From a virus: a stretch of DNA of 64,000 nucleotides. The stretch spans positions 15,660-79,659 of the IMG/VR virus record IMGVR_UViG_3300046804_004458, one strand, 5' to 3'. Shown one piece after another: positions 32,401 through 40,100 of this stretch. The position numbers and the translations under genes were made by a program. The stretch's first letter is position 1. Every line of letters starts with the position of its first letter. Under the pieces are notes generated by a model. It made no database searches. It saw only the letters and a program-made list of their open reading frames with translations, and had not been told where the DNA came from.

Positions 32401-33653
32401 GCTTCTCTCATAAGTCTGGAAGAGGAACCAAACTTATTCATGATATTACCAAACTCTAACTGGTTGAATGCCATTAACAAACCAGTATTGGCACCAAAGT
32501 TATCAGTAGCTGCTGCATATGAGGTCTTTCTAATTCTTTCTAAATCCTTACCAGCAGGTAATTCACCATTATGTTTTTCCTGCCAATCATTTATAAAATC
32601 TCCATACATCTGCCCGTAAGTATTGGCAGCTTCAAACCTTGCTTCAGTTGTAGCAGTATTAAGTGCAGCAAGAGTTCTTGTTACCCCACCTACCCCCATA
32701 GCAGCTAACTGGTAGGCAGATGCACCTGCCTCTTTTGCTTGTAAAAGCCCTTTTAATCCTGTAACATCTTTAAATTGGTCTGCACTCCACGATGCAGCAT
32801 CTTTTGTATAATCCCATAAGTTTTTAGACAGCCCCTTTATTGAAGTGGGATCAGTCATTTTTCTCATAGCATTTATCTTTTCTCCGGTAGTAGCTATTTG
32901 GTTACTTTTTTCAGCAACGGACATCATGTTTTTTACATCTTCTGCACCTTCTACCCCCTTAGCTAACCATCCTGCACCTTTAGCAACAGCACCAAGTCCT
33001 TCTCCTATACCCCAGGTAAGTGCCATCTCACTAAGAAACTGGGCACCTGCTCCAACAGAAAAACCTGCTTGTTGGATCATGTCACCTATAAATTCTCTAT
33101 TAAATATACCAAATCCAGTTTCTTTTTCAGGTCCTTTAAAAATAGCATATTTATTGGATATTGCTTTTTGTTCTTCATCTTTTTGCATTAACTCTTCAGG
33201 TGAACCTGCAAGTCTTTGCATAAAAGATTGGTCACTTGTCCAGTTAAATAAAGCATTACCTATGTTAGCCCATCCTTTCCATCCTTCTACAAAAGTACTT
33301 TTAGCAAGACCAAATCCACCACCAACAGCCCTATCTAATACATCTCCCCAGGTTTGTACCCTTTCATATTTTAGCTCATTGTCTGCATATGGGTCAAATC
33401 CTTCAGTTACAAAGTGTCTACTTTGTGTGTATCTGTCTGCCTGGGTTTTCTCCCAATCAAAAGGTATAGGAGCCATTTTTGTTTCTAGTGATTCTCCTTG
33501 ACCTAAGTAGTCATCAAACCCACTGCTATTTACATCTCTGGATTGACTTTCCATTGATGGGTATGGAATATTAGGAGTATTAGGAACAACATTAGTGTTG
33601 TCAATATTAGACTCATTAGATGGTAATGAGAGATAATCTGCGAAACCTGACAT
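17475..33653 (-). CDS. giant virion-packaged RNA polymerase (crAss-like / phi14:2 gp66 type) with zincin and ASCH-like accessory domains
   Basis: RIPSDDKHS...GTDFDLDK (DFDLD at 21738-21752); DDGQ; KYHEAFH...EEKMAD (HExxH at 26232-26246); STMDLILSGDRTATSR. Confidence 0.9.
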   Translation of the reverse strand: MSGFADYLSLPSNESNIDNTNVVPNTPNIPYPSMESQSRDVNSSGFDDYLGQGESLETKMAPIPFDWEKTQADRYTQSRHFVTEGFDPYADNELKYERVQTWGDVLDRAVGGGFGLAKSTFVEGWKGWANIGNALFNWTSDQSFMQRLAGSPEELMQKDEEQKAISNKYAIFKGPEKETGFGIFNREFIGDMIQQAGFSVGAGAQFLSEMALTWGIGEGLGAVAKGAGWLAKGVEGAEDVKNMMSVAEKSNQIATTGEKINAMRKMTDPTSIKGLSKNLWDYTKDAASWSADQFKDVTGLKGLLQAKEAGASAYQLAAMGVGGVTRTLAALNTATTEARFEAANTYGQMYGDFINDWQEKHNGELPAGKDLERIRKTSYAAATDNFGANTGLLMAFNQLEFGNIMNKFGSSSRLMREALEKGEGEVYSITGKLRRDITGAVEGGGLKEGQKATQAYVKGTFGALSNFNQIRKDFGLGTALWQVGKRSGKLEVMEGLQEILQNTSDNTFRDYYKNLYDGGKDIQGGNLLKDITAADWGKGLQSQLSMEGWQTFLMGAATGLFINPMQAGVMQSFRKANAGINSQYKGEVDAHKKMLQDSQNILNTWYNDPKKSLSEHIAGIKVQGKADQNIASALTDGDKYEFNNAKDDAFTNAVAVAIKTGNYESFRDSIKEFGERLTDEQFEQAFGLKATGENKISAKAYTESIVREIEKYHDTHERLMDEFGHLVQSELYAHDPKEYVKARMAKRSLDEAIQLLATTSYHADKTIERAVELRSQAAALPSLGSSANKTFEILGNIANAEYELGQLQEQLENYKGLEKDKDVSAQITSTQEQIKHLEQWVRNYKILQDYKARGAEEAFRKTTPFIQGDTGMYNAMQKMMDAHNGYMQAINAQFTKGAPIADKREMRKAFDLLMDYDKLNRDHGNYVSALNVISDPRGFNLLYNKAKDAMYATSADLHDKHMKEIKNRISAVTGVPVEDILTAEEQKERERTGNLKQQKTLRNLLGKTEQEITDLLDRVTANEAELTSAKDSIIKIQEELVRHKEILATTDKSQKETRKAAQELVRNLTQEVKSIKQNIKSLEKEKTAIKKSLKRLEYLKAAYGAAITELEQSTASFEEISKEKKKLLKGLVGDILRPDLSISNLDAQIAYGQEQLKAIDENLKYHYGIVASTQRLIDELNVFIYQFTEGAELPEELQDNYKAELERLEKKIGDTNLAIKDLTEQRDKFARGLFTGDIRKQQEENISKLKEHIKYLQTALRALEESGLEEEEKHQTPEAGSRSPEEEESVGTPADEDKIKSEILAFYSATGKPVPTEPLPQSTAAPVAGKSIVVRINGKPVDLQKMMDEVLATGALTSYNPLDIRGSKEQIIEEIEGYAEDEGISLSTTGTTTTEPTAPSSTITTAPAPTSLSPEAQEYLNAHPEVKEKLESLRSDLEAETMTPEEAADEMGTVVAEIKPKPRAVTIDEMVSFPNLPNNPHVSKLSDSDFRIDVIDKYYPYKTVEEANAALRAWVEKNYPGTKEMTPAERRIFVARQEAIKKFNKTFGLKQFFANPDLSQLSNDDFAYVLDNTSTYEHFVRSIFATKYNKIPNHLSYYVNKQGERVTNENENKFLTNWKELITEEEYKKALAAHVEGLNKIDKAHDEKLLDLKTLTPEERAEQLIKMEQDRLFKSIKYFPQKEFYNPVTKRTSILGNKFVIMRSTRHLITDTKEQAEQLVNDYINKELAKIEGADISEHIEEGAEPEEVTTGTEEGVTFEVTPEIVERLEKIGLILSEQEKALIPYVMGTAPVTPKVDVKQVSELAKKITDSLSTMIGLELPEDGKGYVLSRTGKDQGSEDRVAEKYLKGEYDKYLSPEQTEEEEKEEEFEPEDSDIDEVVPTPRTYSSTQLTLVPFIDFDAAWADDAIWNDGGKTPKQRQDANTNPKDGRSYLPKQIKDVYEEKAKQERTKLYVTLTPENVYDKITLEFTPTGKPKNPYNIYFYIDGVKVGFITSDVKSPAYSPETNRLITALNGRLQRSGKTSIKLTGTDLESLMKFTVGAGELAFVEPVNNVYPKGIALSELLYNREGEGGTPIIKRNTDTGSSFVFGSEEDVPANALSKSSYEGAYSALIKFPSGHSYWIQLNHRTLSDAEVANTLNLINEQAAKAYSDKATKDDIKAVNAKLREIFPAYNVFEENADKKGLKVYLTLDPGNPAQGIPAGKKLGITVVHQTTGKKVEFAEIRQPDGKAVHFENIQDFISRVNVALDTINAKKTMPEIPHIEQKNMKEQVPLAPNDPKLLPALMAMTTDIKIPQVVSNVQLGINIVNEMPGVDDQANTIKRNVKQNKTTKGAGSVVEPNTPTSQQVVNPNAEPVTTKLEDINTNTLEGYNAFLDELEKQDETGKKAYKIIKGSPVFSAKSVENIDTFVKWVKEKLPQDIITTEEMNTLVTNLQENKVTVGEFIAKLNKLRQIEGVIRVAKESPFKYHEAFHSVFRLLLTQTQIDALLAEARTMFPITEKALKELRSLTPENMELSRKQLEELYLEEKMADRFDTYMMNKNAPVSPGIKGFFETLIRFVKNFFKKFTPSDLQTLFRDIDEGKYKNSTVQSNSYTEDVRNNPLGFTIPACKVIKIGTDEVVLPNGKTIEVDRHLPQKEADRLVSTITALFDQEIRNKDLKEYNSKAILNGILDKYKDTYNPRRPRYFEVQSKINNPAEAKDYIRRVFNMHNIFSKTETRNAIKDAVASSLKILGYQVTLDTIQDDKLTDTYGPRSSDKFDKKDPGASAGPEGKAQELRRFIAGTTTVAVDEFGNTHYADGTPIKEAVNAADVYNGVLKLLANTSSTDAQVEKLLQFKDMNTDVDDKTGEEKITGNKHSVAVINRFLQLTGYNTETKEFTQNQELVNLFLKGFSSYAANYLFTQLNPATGNAITTFANTKDSSVVQVQNWSNAFSRVYEDLMRRESTKDGFNKLYVQKNKAITLFRNATNTTAIAKKQNNKVISGIANNISAAFKENFGVNLHPNYIKYSILKAKNEDALTKEQKNFIAVFGDIVPIDEKILSVSIENPLSNGVSPFEKGQIVEEGQEEEVVDNTAYNLLKQLADNNSIFDETIGSISFTTSDGELRYAHTHPNFYHVAVTELNDPKVIAQIQDDVEKNTVHLLDSDEFMHLVKNKSVKLNMVEGIKKAVTGDKKEKGVVYGDFIRRENLVYMLAMYDISRRRDAKVVMGADPNEFFYKVGHLIRTVEAKKAGYVIDLPVVQAVSTKEGKTSLSEEALNILYQRVLDEVNRIAKVNKEIETGKDENGKPVAILEGYHTGDPNKVDQLRGLKLYETKKMLGDLAAEIEKNAIDSEYKLDEKAIKEQINDYWMGQVDRFIDMMKQEKLVTGDNKRALAPAYLFKGFTGRGVKEKNEKMYLIPGNFKHNIAQVFMNDFLNTSAVNRLLHGDEARSFKLFVDQVKRAAGANAAGPSIESSVTKPEWGIEHKLQTIHHITYQDTLFRKRTGKTGDQDDGQMYCTEKGLRYMLFGMGTLKQVQVDILNKIKNGDKVTKEEFFKAGGIQDMKAAFNPMKMVYFDGNTYLKCSVHVLAKEYTSYKDKDGNWQARPGKEKLHLLRNKLEKFEKANQTITFAHPQSVSKGMQKNVVKEGNGKSAIENIEDRHFNALPARYMRQQLENPSGKTSMTDPTQKLQQIFAEIPADSKVFLNGKEISGKEAVNNYLDLIAKRLANSYKMKRNAIFDLKDAFNEIGKSYEKGQITPKLTEFYDLCYDNLLATGADSQTLEFFRTKDDEIQYNLNFPATLQKYTQLFLAYFSNGALSAKIPGLTLTLTSNAHHKVVKRLISVDEEGQPKEWEVITTEMFDADPEKYTKSLIRYTPDEDGTILKRKFTGLADKLATGKPVYYLDDLRDNVGVYNEKGERVETYSEYITASHYEQADDSAVESSFSVRIPSDDKHSYTNSRRVDTFPIWMGSTGMFPQEIMEKSGTDFDLDKVYVSIPDTYVIGDKRVAYGTAITDEDKFKEYVAWQLENNKSLKAYVKKEMLSDAVQDTIAELKFTEEQQSHLIERITGNVAALFDAQNKKFDSYLLTTKEGEEKKISTDIGLLYQRRKDLLKQFTEGAKKAEELQIFIEKELLEAKAFYIKEGLKKFGLPVTLKEFIAAGSENVNNGVINNKVLQSSQSLLSSEAIAGGENPILNQPTSVDMLDNFGKMLKRELIDAESQYAKDFLDRIEDTKEDTNSMLGKEISRDTNAQGRENIGAAANAVINYSVNSTFKVPIKGNHIIIDGKQYNNYGNLKAWDGKEFNGERVFAALSAIENAMTDNAKYSYSGKYGLSIGAVGYLSNMVSQGIPFETAMLFIVQPTVQEYFKRVANIKSSIKTEQEEDLTKAKILAELEADIDIQTTKRLKKAEGTEELLGAATSRERMLHNIKNNIMSSEMLDILKVIDKQSIDLMDFSKILKITQGLPTSWEEFDDIKKAMDKFGILDSATEEKDLTIDVKHMMNNDHKFMAQYIQVFKDIDNLSKSIFVERTDEFNRLMDVTVGNFNVPLAEKNNFNKTIKNDLLSYMTIMAYKQYLKEEGLTTYLTSLDHAMIYPEALAAKTDYEDAIYIVQNLKAKFDKENTPNYFINYFLNCVDADKNSAGLNKVEANTWAKLSEYQQEKVMDGFISLYSNKETHLDAVGLFHYLLVKDGGQFKSGSFVRYIHNGIFKNLLDQAGKVNDLLSTGKKNEEEYRKVFGATSEELLDGFLKSYATFIGNKKFLKECSISADINNQNSPIYRDKETGTVYVDYKKGLPFKEKGKEYTEEEEEAISEKRKDRLFYMALNGFEGEWVETTDKKGKKVSRFKMNFPYSMIINGQFYILKSVDREKSAGEQNPSSLIQVGDSMAQGERAQYVKGQLRGSSEGWGGSGVFGKMPIRGEIVEQPKQNITNPPYSSDAPGGKEVKTKTETVVDTGKEEGYDSTTPLGSKRNPYTIAMNLKDGDGGREMRPEFKGKSTMDLILSGDRTATSRDMTEKYNNVPLKEGNYVEFADKSGRKALVQVVSPWYSIKEIDKDTWSELEGWAPSLYTKLLKKPGANYQQMEFKLVSTSKGPELDIDSMNDKDAIDTLRDQFGLTVFMIGTKGKYGITNEKGQTFTREGVTPQQMLEALVKQQTTPAQAPVTIPSIQKPVPTKTSVEITKGNYTRQEVQNNPNSAYVFTENTHSITAFPNKQGGGSAIIRPEPNAFAVVTKKKYDYNTKENVDYTDTPENFKEFVEINTKLIQDLKNSGKSKIVFPQGFATDKATMPKRFAEWLQKSLLDNFGLVTELNATKTGLISKSVQTIEEKAVVKPTEPVVVSLQGKEELIGGAFTANELNNFYLEHKSLKKDKALTSAEFKQAVIDYTSAPWYNDVKTPKEIEEITNNIKCL

Positions 33654-33662
33654 GTGTATTAT

Positions 33663-36600
33663 TTATTTGAATTGTTTTTCAATATCTGCTACTGTCCTTC
33701 CACCTGCTACAGATGGTTTACTTTGATGATTTTTTTGAAGAATTGCTCTTTTAGTAATTTCTCCATTAATCCAATTATCTTTTACTTGATAAACCTCATC
33801 TGGATTTTTAGGTCTATCACCTACCATAAGATTAATAGGTGTAACTGTCCAGTTTTTTTCAAACTTAGGTGCACCATTTTCCATTTTAATGCTACCATCA
33901 TCATTTAATTCCCACTGCATGGTATACATATTCATTCTTGTAAATCTACCTGTAACAGGATCTTTACTTGACTGATCTGGTAACATTTTATATAGAAATC
34001 CTGCATTCTTTTCAAAATCACTTTGCTCTAAACCATTAGGGTCATAAAGTAGTTGACCATACCTATAACTTGTCTGAGCTTGTGGAAGTTGTGTAATATA
34101 TGAACCTTTAGCTGTAGAGCTAATATCTAACCATACTTTTTTAAGGTCTTTAATACTTGCATAAGACATTCCACCTACTTTCTTTTTATCATCTCCACTT
34201 TCTTCGTCTTGAAAAACAAGTTCCACAGCCGGTTTACCGTTAGGACCATATTGGTGAAAAGATGTACCTTTAATAAGTTTAGTTATTGTGCCAGTAAATG
34301 CATTGTCTTCTAATGCTTTTTTTACTTCTGTAGAGACTACATCTTCCATTTTATTGTCATCATCTACAGTATACACTTTATCATGGTTAACAGGTATAAG
34401 TGCTTCCTTTGTAAGGACAATACCAGTTGCTTTTTGTATAGGATTAATATCTTTACCTGTATCTGACATATCATATGTAATAGCTGAACCTGATACCCCT
34501 GTTTTATAATCAGACATTTGTCCAACTACTTTTGAACTTGCATTTTCTATCATTTTTTGAAAATCACCAGATTTGCCAAATCTATTTGACATTCTATCAA
34601 TAAACATGTTAAGTTGATGATCTAATAATTCTTTAGGTTCAAAACCTAAAAATTTATTGGCATTTTTGGCAAAAGGTTGATTTGCATATTTATTGTAATC
34701 AACATCATTTAAACTAATTTTTTTATCATTTACTGTAATACTTTTCAAATTATAATCAGTAAGTGCACTAATAGAATAATCAAATTGACCTCTACTATAT
34801 GCATCTACAAGATCTTTAAGACTTATTATATCTCCATTTTTTAATGGTATGTTATCAAGAGATTTTGAAGCAACAGTTAATAAATCATTTGATTTAACTA
34901 TATCAGTTTTGTTATCATTAAGTACTTTTTTATAAGCTTCTTTATTTTGTACAGTTAAAAAGTCTTTTAGCTTTTCTTTATATTCAGTGTTTCTTTTAGT
35001 ATAATTAGCCATCTCTTGTTCCATAGCTTGATTTTGCTGTGCTATTTTGGCAATCATAGCAGTCTTTTCAGGATCAACTGTTTGAAAAAAAGAAGATGTA
35101 CTGTCTTGATGAATAAGAGCAGATAATCCTTGTCTTAGTGTATTAGGACCTGTTTGTGCCCCATCTGTAGTATACTGTTCTAGCCCATTATCATTAAGTA
35201 TTTTAACAACCTGCTCTCTCCTTTTAATTGCTTCAGGTGACATATCATATTTACCTGTAGTAAGAGAGTTTTGTAGATCCTGGCTTAATAACTGCAAATC
35301 AGGTGCAGACAACCCTCCTACAACTACATTGTCACCAACCATTTGCAATATTCCATTTATGCCAAAAGCTGTTTTATTTACAGTATACATAGACATAGCT
35401 TGAGTAGCCCTATGCATATCTAATGTAGGAATTTTTACAACATCCGTACCAGGTATAGTGACTGTGCCTGATGTAATTGAAGGCATAATAGGGCCTTTTA
35501 CTCCCCCTACTCCAGTACCATCACCTGTACCACCAAAACCAGTAGTAGGACTAAACATACCTGCACCAATACCTTCTTCAGAAAAATCAGAAATGTATTG
35601 ATCCAGTAATTCTTTAGTTATTGTTACACCTGCTTTTCTAAGTGTTTCTATTGCTTTTAGACCATAACCAGCTTCTTTTTGTTGTGCCCCTAGCTGAAGC
35701 TGTACTATTTTAAGTTGTTGTTCAAACTGTTTATTAGCTTGTTCATTAAAAGCCTTTGCAATAGGATTTTCTTTAAACTCAACACTTGATATAGATGCCC
35801 TGCCTACTGCCCATCTATCTGCATCATGAGCAGTAGAAATATTTTTAACATAGTCCCTTGGATTAGCAATTATATCCTCTACTTTCTTTTTATAGTCAGG
35901 TGAATTAACATCTATAAGCTTTAAAAAATCAGATGTGTTTGAGGAGTATCTAATATTATCTCCTATAGTAACACCATAGGATTTTTCAAAGTCATCTTGT
36001 GTTTGTCTTGCAAGATTAGCATACTCTTTTGCTCTTTTAAGATTATATTCATATTCCTGTTCTTTTTCAGGAGACAGTTTAATATTAGCAGGATTTATTG
36101 CCCAGCCATTAGGATCAAGTGGTACAAGAGAATTGTTTTTTTGTCTCCACTCTAAAGCAGTTTTATTATAGTCAGCTATTGTGCCGGCATAATATTTAGT
36201 AACATCTTCTACTACATTTTCACCAAACATTCTTGTTGCCTGCTCTTCTGTTACACCCGGATTTTTATCCTTTATATCTTTTATTGATTGCCCCATTTGA
36301 GCAATTGCTATTGCCCTTTGTTGAGGAGCATACTTTTCTCTTGAGGCAACAGATTTATAAAAAGCTTTATAAGCATTTACAGATCTAGGTCCATTTGTAA
36401 AAATGGTCATCAAATTACCATTTGTATCAACAGTAGTTATTCCCCCACCTTTTCCTTGAGTCTCAGACCATTCTTTAGCAGCATCTGTATCTATGTTATA
36501 GACAGGCATTGCTTCTCTTCTTTCTAATTTGCTATAAGCATCCTTAGTCATTGGAGCTACAGCAAGCTGCTCTAAACCTTGATTAAGATATATACTCATC

Positions 36601-37022
36601 CAAGAATTATAAAGTTCTCTTTCTTTTTCATCTTTACTAGTCCTCATTGATTCCAGTTTTTGAAACTGAGTATTATAATGAGAAGTAAGTGCCTGGTTCT
36701 GCAATAGCAACTGATCCTCATGAAAAGGAGCCATTATGTTCTCAGCAGCTAGCACATTTTTTGGATCAGAAAGATCAGTAGCAGCAATAGACTTCATCTG
36801 CTCCAATGCACTATTTTTGTAATCCTGTTGTCTTTTCTTTGCCTCTTCTCCAGTAACTGGCTGATTAAAAATAGTATCGTATTTGCCTTTTACTTCTTTA
36901 AAACCTTTCTCATACTGCTGGTTAGCCTTCATCTGCATTGAAGCAAGAAAACTAAAATCAGGCTGATATACAGGAATTGGGGTTACGGATGAGGGGACAT
37001 TTTCAAGCCAATTATAATCCAT
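33663..37022 (-). CDS. virion cargo/ejection protein in the RNAP cluster
   Basis: 1119 aa, helical, VYQPDFSFL N-terminus, immediately upstream of the RNAP. Confidence 0.7.
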   Translation of the reverse strand: MDYNWLENVPSSVTPIPVYQPDFSFLASMQMKANQQYEKGFKEVKGKYDTIFNQPVTGEEAKKRQQDYKNSALEQMKSIAATDLSDPKNVLAAENIMAPFHEDQLLLQNQALTSHYNTQFQKLESMRTSKDEKERELYNSWMSIYLNQGLEQLAVAPMTKDAYSKLERREAMPVYNIDTDAAKEWSETQGKGGGITTVDTNGNLMTIFTNGPRSVNAYKAFYKSVASREKYAPQQRAIAIAQMGQSIKDIKDKNPGVTEEQATRMFGENVVEDVTKYYAGTIADYNKTALEWRQKNNSLVPLDPNGWAINPANIKLSPEKEQEYEYNLKRAKEYANLARQTQDDFEKSYGVTIGDNIRYSSNTSDFLKLIDVNSPDYKKKVEDIIANPRDYVKNISTAHDADRWAVGRASISSVEFKENPIAKAFNEQANKQFEQQLKIVQLQLGAQQKEAGYGLKAIETLRKAGVTITKELLDQYISDFSEEGIGAGMFSPTTGFGGTGDGTGVGGVKGPIMPSITSGTVTIPGTDVVKIPTLDMHRATQAMSMYTVNKTAFGINGILQMVGDNVVVGGLSAPDLQLLSQDLQNSLTTGKYDMSPEAIKRREQVVKILNDNGLEQYTTDGAQTGPNTLRQGLSALIHQDSTSSFFQTVDPEKTAMIAKIAQQNQAMEQEMANYTKRNTEYKEKLKDFLTVQNKEAYKKVLNDNKTDIVKSNDLLTVASKSLDNIPLKNGDIISLKDLVDAYSRGQFDYSISALTDYNLKSITVNDKKISLNDVDYNKYANQPFAKNANKFLGFEPKELLDHQLNMFIDRMSNRFGKSGDFQKMIENASSKVVGQMSDYKTGVSGSAITYDMSDTGKDINPIQKATGIVLTKEALIPVNHDKVYTVDDDNKMEDVVSTEVKKALEDNAFTGTITKLIKGTSFHQYGPNGKPAVELVFQDEESGDDKKKVGGMSYASIKDLKKVWLDISSTAKGSYITQLPQAQTSYRYGQLLYDPNGLEQSDFEKNAGFLYKMLPDQSSKDPVTGRFTRMNMYTMQWELNDDGSIKMENGAPKFEKNWTVTPINLMVGDRPKNPDEVYQVKDNWINGEITKRAILQKNHQSKPSVAGGRTVADIEKQFK

Positions 37023-37137
37023 TTTTATAATATTTTGTAAGTAACTAATTAAATACTGCTACTACAATATAAATATACGTAGTAAACAAATAAGGTGCAA
37101 ATTAATGTCCGGAAAAACATTTAATGTGCACCCCTTG

Positions 37138-37154
37138 CAAACCTTTTATGTTTA
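37138..37154. promoter_or_regulatory. operator-like palindrome variant (caaaccttttatgttta), with a weaker copy at 37114-37130
   Basis: 15/17 and 13/17 matches to the 11137/54540 motif; intergenic. Confidence 0.45.
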
Positions 37155-37159
37155 TTGTA

Positions 37160-40100
37160 CTATTTCATAAATTTTTGTAATGCTTTACCACCATATTTAA
37201 ACACTCCTCTTTGCTCAAGCAGCCTATACATATCACCTGATTCATGTTTAAATTGTCTTTTGGCCAGCTCTCTTCTTTCTGCCTTAGTTAGCTGTCCAAG
37301 AGTTTTGTTTTTTATTTCAGGATATATTTCACTACCATATCCTTCATTGCTCCATTTTTTAAGAGCTTTATCTACTGGTGTGTCTGCCTTATAATAACGG
37401 GATGGCATAATACCATCTGTGTCACCAAACAGTTGGGTTTGGTATGCTTTTATACCTGTATCAAGATCGGGAAAAGCTGCAAAAGTACCACCATCTTTTT
37501 TCTTTATACCAGAGTCTACTGCACCAAATAGTTTACTAAATAGTGGTATATATTGTATATTACCTGGGTTATTTGTTGCAGTAGCTATATCTGTTTTAGA
37601 CATTCTCTTTGTTTCTACTCCGGATAATGGCTTCTTCTTTGAAAAACTCATTTCTTCTTGAGTGTACTGGGAAGATAGGGGTTGTTGGTAATATGTGTTA
37701 TCAACAGCAGGTAATTGTACATCTGGCATAGAAGGGAGTCCTATAAACTCACCTCCTATTTGGTAATGGGGTAGTCTCTCTGCATTATGTTGATAAGCAG
37801 GTGCCATGCTTGGTAGGGCCATATGAGAGCCACCATACCTCATTACATTACCACCATACATACTTGTTGTAGCCTCGTCACTTGCCTTAGGTGAAATGCC
37901 TTTTGCTAAATTAATAAGATCTCCAAGTTTTGCATCAGGAAATTCTTTTTTATATTCTTTTACTCTAGCTAATAGAGTTGGATCTTGTTTTTGTAAATCG
38001 GCAAAATATTTACTTTCCATACCTGTCTTAAACCTAGGAAAACCATATGGGTCTATATCAAAGTAAGGAGATGTCTTATTAAGCCATGCTGTTTTAACTG
38101 CTGTATCATGATGTTTTTGCATCCTGTCAACATACTCAGCTTGTAACCTACCCATCTCTCTTTGGTAATCTCTGTCTGATAAGAAATTAGCTTTGTTTAG
38201 TTCAGCAAGCCTATTGGCCTGTTTAGCCATAAGTTCATTAGTTATCTGGGCAGCCTGTGCATTAGCTGCATTAGCTATAGCAACATTTTGAGCATTATAT
38301 TGTGCTATTACATCAGCAGCTTGTTTTCCGGCCTCTCCTTGTATACCTAATGCAGTTGCTCTTGCTGCTCTTTGGTTTCCCTGAGCAGCCATTTCCATAG
38401 CTGTTCTAGCTGATTCCTGCTGTGCAGCAATAGCTCTTGTAGGATCAGCAAATACTACCTGAGGTATTACTGCTTGTGGTACTGGTTCATATGGCTCAAA
38501 TTTTTTAACTTGTCCCATTTGCATAAGATTAAAGATATCTCCTAATACATTTGGGTCTACTTGAAAATTACCAAAATTCCAGTTTCTTTTTTTCCTGTCC
38601 CCCTTTTTATCTTTACTAATAGTAGAAGTAACCAAATCTGTAGAAACAGAAGAAGGTGTAATAGTACCCGGAGAAGCAGGCATTAAATTAGGGCCAGAAG
38701 TTGGTAAAGGCTGTACCTGCTTATCAACAGCAAGATCCTGTTCCATTCCCATTTTAATGTTTCTATAACCAGGTCCCCATAAATCTGCCCTGCCTTGACC
38801 AGGTAAACCAGCCCCTACTCTACCTTGTCCATATAATTGAGCATATTTAAGGGGGTCATGTAAAGCAGCTCTAGTAAAAAAGGCCACATCTTCTTGAGAA
38901 AGAGGTTCTCCTGTTTTATGTTCTTCCGCAGATTTGTACATACCATAAGGAGGAGGCACTGTTTGAGCAACTTGCATGTTTGCTTGTTGATTGTCTTGTT
39001 CTTGTGTATCTCCTACAAACCAGTCTCTTACACCATGTATATTACCAGTACGTATACCATATTGAGCTTCTGGTAACTGCCCACCATACTCCGCTTCTTT
39101 AGGAGCATTAGGATCATGGTGGTCCATACCCATATGTTTTTTTATTCCTTCTTGTACCTGAGCTAGTTTATCTAACTTGGCCAGGTAGTTGTCAGTCATA
39201 AGTTGGGCTGTGGTCTTAGAACCTTGGTCAGCATTGGGATCACTCAGTACTTTTTTAAATTTGTTGAGGTCATACTTCTTAGCTATTTCAGCAGGTGTAT
39301 AGCCTCCTCTTTTTGGTTTCATACCAAACATAGCAAGTACCTTGGCATCTTTTATTTTAAGAGCTTTAGTATCAGAGTATACAAATGAATTAGAAGGAAC
39401 ATTGATATCTTTACCACCTTGAGTGTGTGGCTTTCCATTAACATTCATTAATTCCATTGAACCATCCTGATCAAAGTCTCCAAGTACTTGTTCTTGTTTT
39501 TCAGCATTTATATCACCACCTTCTTTTGCTTCAGGTAGTGTTTTACCTGTAGTGTGATAAGGACTAACTTTTGCAGTACCACCCGGATATCCGGTAGGAG
39601 AAGACCAAAACCTGTCCAAAGCATACCCTTGGCCAACTTGTTGGTTACCATAACCATGTGATGGGCCCTTAGATGCATATCCACCTGCCCACATCATAGG
39701 TGTTTCTCCTTCACCAGCACCCATACGGATATTGTCAACTAGTGTATTGGTAGGCATACTTTTTATACGTATTTTCTTTTTCATTCCTCCATATTTATAA
39801 GTTTCTTCACCTGTACTACGTATTTTACCTATAGGATCACCAGTTTGTTTTCTGGTTCCTGCAAAATAGTTAGATGGTAGTTCTTGTCCAGATGCTTTTC
39901 TTTCTTTGTATTTGCCAATAGCCTCTTCTCTTGTTGGAAATCCTGTAGCAGCAAGACCTGTTAAAACAGGAGTTGTTTGTGTTGTTGTAGCAGGTACAGT
40001 AGTAGGGGTAGATGTTGTAGCTGTAGGATAAGCAGTTTTCCAATGTTCTTCCATCTGCTGTTGTGTCAAAGGTTCAGTACCAGTAGACATAAATCCTGCT

